NCBI GenBank assembly: GCA_965195345.1
Contig: OZ239628.1
Coordinates: forward strand, 928,001 to 992,000
Direction of reading: 5' to 3'
Source of the DNA: an uncultured Thiomicrospira sp.
GTDB lineage: Bacteria > Pseudomonadota > Gammaproteobacteria > CAKMZV01
Length of the DNA stretch: 64,000 bases
Under the pieces are notes generated by a model that was given only the letters and a program-made list of their open reading frames with translations, was not told the origin of the DNA and made no database searches. The position numbers were made by a program, and so were the translations under genes. Shown here piece after piece: positions 61,711 through 64,000 of this stretch; the stretch's first letter is position 1, and each line of letters starts with the position of its first letter.

Positions 61711-63191
61711 GACTAGAAATGAATACGGTTTTTTGGTATGATTTAGAGACTTTTGGTAATGTTCCTCATAATGCTAGAATTGCCCAAGTTGCAGGCGTTA
61801 GAACCAATTTGGAATTGGAGGAAATTGAGCCTCCTCTGAACTTTTTAGTGAAATTAAGTGATGATTGGTTGGCAGATCCTATCTCCAGTGCTATTACTGG
61901 AATTACACCTCAAAGATGTTTCGAACAAGGTCTTTATGAAGCGGAAGGGCTACAGAAATTGCTTCATGAAATCACACAGAAAGGAACTATTTTAGCGGGT
62001 TATAACAGCAGTCGATTTGATGATGTAATTGTTAGTTTTAGCAATTATCGTAATGGATTAGAACCGTATCCTGTTTCGGTTAAATACCAAAATTCTCGGT
62101 GGGATTTAATTGATGCTTTGCGTTTGGCGTATGGCATTAGACCCCAAGGTATTGAATGGCCACTTAATCAAGAAAATAACGTTAGTTTTCGACTTGAAGA
62201 CCTTGCGCGTGCCAATGGGATTTCACAAGACAAGGCGCATGATGCTTTATGGGATGTAAAGGCAACTATTGGTTTAGCTAAGAAATTAAAACAAGCACAA
62301 CCTAAATTATTTGAATACTTGATTCAAGGTGCAACGTCCGAAAGCATGCTAGCTAAACGTTTGGATTATGATCTATTTGAAGGCGATTTTCACCAAAATT
62401 CACAGCCGGTCGTATGGGGTTCAGGCAGTGCTAGTGCTGAAAATAAGCGGTGTTTTGTTGTTTTGCCTTTGGCAAAACAACATCAAATGAAAAAGCACAT
62501 TGTTACTTGGGATTTACGCAATGATCCAAGCGTGCTTGATGACATAGGCGTTGAGGAGATATATGAGCGAATGTTTTCTACTAATGCTGAGTTGAAGCAA
62601 AAGAACTTAACTCGATTGAATGTACCTGTTTTGAAATTAAATAAGGCACCTGCCTTTGCGTTAGCAATGCCTGTTTTGGAACAGCAGGGTGTGTGTGATT
62701 GGTTAAACATTTCATTAGATATGGCGTACGAAAATATGGAGCTATGGAATGAAAATATGCACAGATGGTTGCCGAAGTTACTTGCAACATTTAGTTTAGG
62801 CAATATGCACGAAAGTGATGACGTGGATTTGCAATTGTATTCAGGTTTTATTGGCGACGTAGATAGGAATGAATTAAGCAGAGGGCATGCTCTTGGTTGG
62901 GATAATTCCGAAGTGCAACAATTAAATTTCAGTGATTTGCGGCTCAAGAAAATATGGGCACGCACCCGAGCACGCAATGGGTATCAATTCTTACGTGATA
63001 ATGAAAAGGCGTATTGGAAGCTTTTTGTAAAAAAACAACTTTTACGGGAAGACAGAGGACGTACGTCGGTCAAACATTACCACGCGTTATGTGAATCTGT
63101 ATTGCAAAGTTACCCCAATGCAAGCAATTCGATGTCAGATTTAATTAAATATTTCAAAATGTTAACTGAAAAATATGAAGTTAATATATAG
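61707..63191 (+). CDS. sbcB: exodeoxyribonuclease I
   Basis: YD.ETFG, Q.AG.RT, ITGITPQ, GYNS.RFDD, SRWDL.D, RP.GI.WP, SFRLE.L, AHDAL.DV.ATI. Confidence 0.92.
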   Translation: MRLEMNTVFWYDLETFGNVPHNARIAQVAGVRTNLELEEIEPPLNFLVKLSDDWLADPISSAITGITPQRCFEQGLYEAEGLQKLLHEITQKGTILAGYNSSRFDDVIVSFSNYRNGLEPYPVSVKYQNSRWDLIDALRLAYGIRPQGIEWPLNQENNVSFRLEDLARANGISQDKAHDALWDVKATIGLAKKLKQAQPKLFEYLIQGATSESMLAKRLDYDLFEGDFHQNSQPVVWGSGSASAENKRCFVVLPLAKQHQMKKHIVTWDLRNDPSVLDDIGVEEIYERMFSTNAELKQKNLTRLNVPVLKLNKAPAFALAMPVLEQQGVCDWLNISLDMAYENMELWNENMHRWLPKLLATFSLGNMHESDDVDLQLYSGFIGDVDRNELSRGHALGWDNSEVQQLNFSDLRLKKIWARTRARNGYQFLRDNEKAYWKLFVKKQLLREDRGRTSVKHYHALCESVLQSYPNASNSMSDLIKYFKMLTEKYEVNI

Positions 63192-63339
63192 ACTTCACAG
63201 GGAATATTTTTATAAAATGCGATAATCATATCATCTAATTTGTTCCTCAAAAGTTGCTAGAATTAGAGCTTTAGTGTAAAGTGTCCGTTCTAATTTTAAT
63301 TAATAAATGTAACTTAACTGGTTTTTAACAGGAGGAACT

Positions 63340-64000
63340 ATGAATAAGTTTTTAAAAATTGTACTACTTGGTTTTGCCGCGATCTCATTCGCAGCACAAG
63401 CTAAGAATGTTACTATAAAAGTACAGTCAGTATTGCCGACTAAAGCTGACGAAGTGGTTATGTTGAAGGACTTTGCTAGCAATGTCTTTGAACTGACAAA
63501 TGGTAGTGTCAAGATTGAAGTGCTGCCAGCAGGTGCTGTTGTAGGTGTAAAAGAAACACTTGAGGCAGTGAATAAAGGTTTGGTTGATGGCGGATTCGCA
63601 TGGACGCATTATTGGTCAGGTTACCATCCTGCTGCTGCGTTATTTGGGTCTCCGGTTGCTGGTGCAGGTGTTGGTATTGATAACATCGCTTTCATTTCTT
63701 GGTATATGTTTGGTGGTGGTAAGCCGTTATATAGCCAGCTTTGGACAGAGATGGGAATGGACATCAAAGGCTTAATGTTACAACCCGTTGGACCTGAAGC
63801 ACTTGGTTGGTTTAAAGAGCCTATCAATAGTATGGCGGATTTTCGTAAATATCGCTTCCGTACTCCTCCAGGTATTCCAGGACAAACTTATAAAGATATC
63901 GGTATTGCTGCAGTAGCTATGGGCGGTGGAGACATATTGCCTGCTCTACAAAAAGGTACTATTGATGCGGCTGAATGGTGCTGTCCAAAACCAGATAGTG
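63340..64000 (+). CDS. TRAP transporter substrate-binding protein (DctP family), truncated by window end
   Basis: AGGAGG RBS; MNKFLKIVLLGFAAISFAAQA signal; ELTNG.VKIEVLPAGAVV...E...AV..G.VD, YWSG, GWFKEPI.S..D....FR.P; not in the ORF track. Confidence 0.9.
   Translation, partial: MNKFLKIVLLGFAAISFAAQAKNVTIKVQSVLPTKADEVVMLKDFASNVFELTNGSVKIEVLPAGAVVGVKETLEAVNKGLVDGGFAWTHYWSGYHPAAALFGSPVAGAGVGIDNIAFISWYMFGGGKPLYSQLWTEMGMDIKGLMLQPVGPEALGWFKEPINSMADFRKYRFRTPPGIPGQTYKDIGIAAVAMGGGDILPALQKGTIDAAEWCCPKPDS

Overview
AT-rich (visually <40% GC) chromosomal segment of a gammaproteobacterium that is probably a sulfur oxidiser (Tat-exported SoxB, TusA, small c-type cytochrome, tkt-gap-pgk-pyk operon). Most of the window is housekeeping: hemB (partial), ilvD, lptD, amgK-murU, comEC-lpxK-ycaR, crcB-serS-holC-truA, trpF, waaA, icd, gltX, queH, yoaA-tsaB, metG-rsxABCDGE-nth, sbcB, a TRAP dctP (partial) and 5 tRNAs. 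The accessory signal is concentrated in five places. (1) A ~2.1 kb integrase-less prophage relic at tRNA-Gly(GCC), bounded by a perfect 46-bp att repeat. It retains a 5'-clipped CI-like repressor, a small membrane protein, and an unannotated 58-aa acidic ORF followed by a terminator and an IrrE/ImmA-like 'KELxH' protein; this last pair is my best candidate for an undescribed TA-like or defence module. (2) A BCCT transporter inserted between two decayed copies of the truA-trpF junction. (3) An operon of a secreted 5x EF-hand protein, an ECF sigma factor and a putative anti-sigma. (4) A tandem array of intact, pseudogenised and fragmentary outer-membrane beta-barrel genes. (5) A 432-aa unknown protein with an internal domain duplication just behind gltX. 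Also noted: a frameshifted rsxG, a YoaA lacking the canonical Fe-S cysteines, a voltage-gated channel with a TFEDWTD filter, and an IS3 scar. All calls come from reading motifs by eye; no database searches were run.
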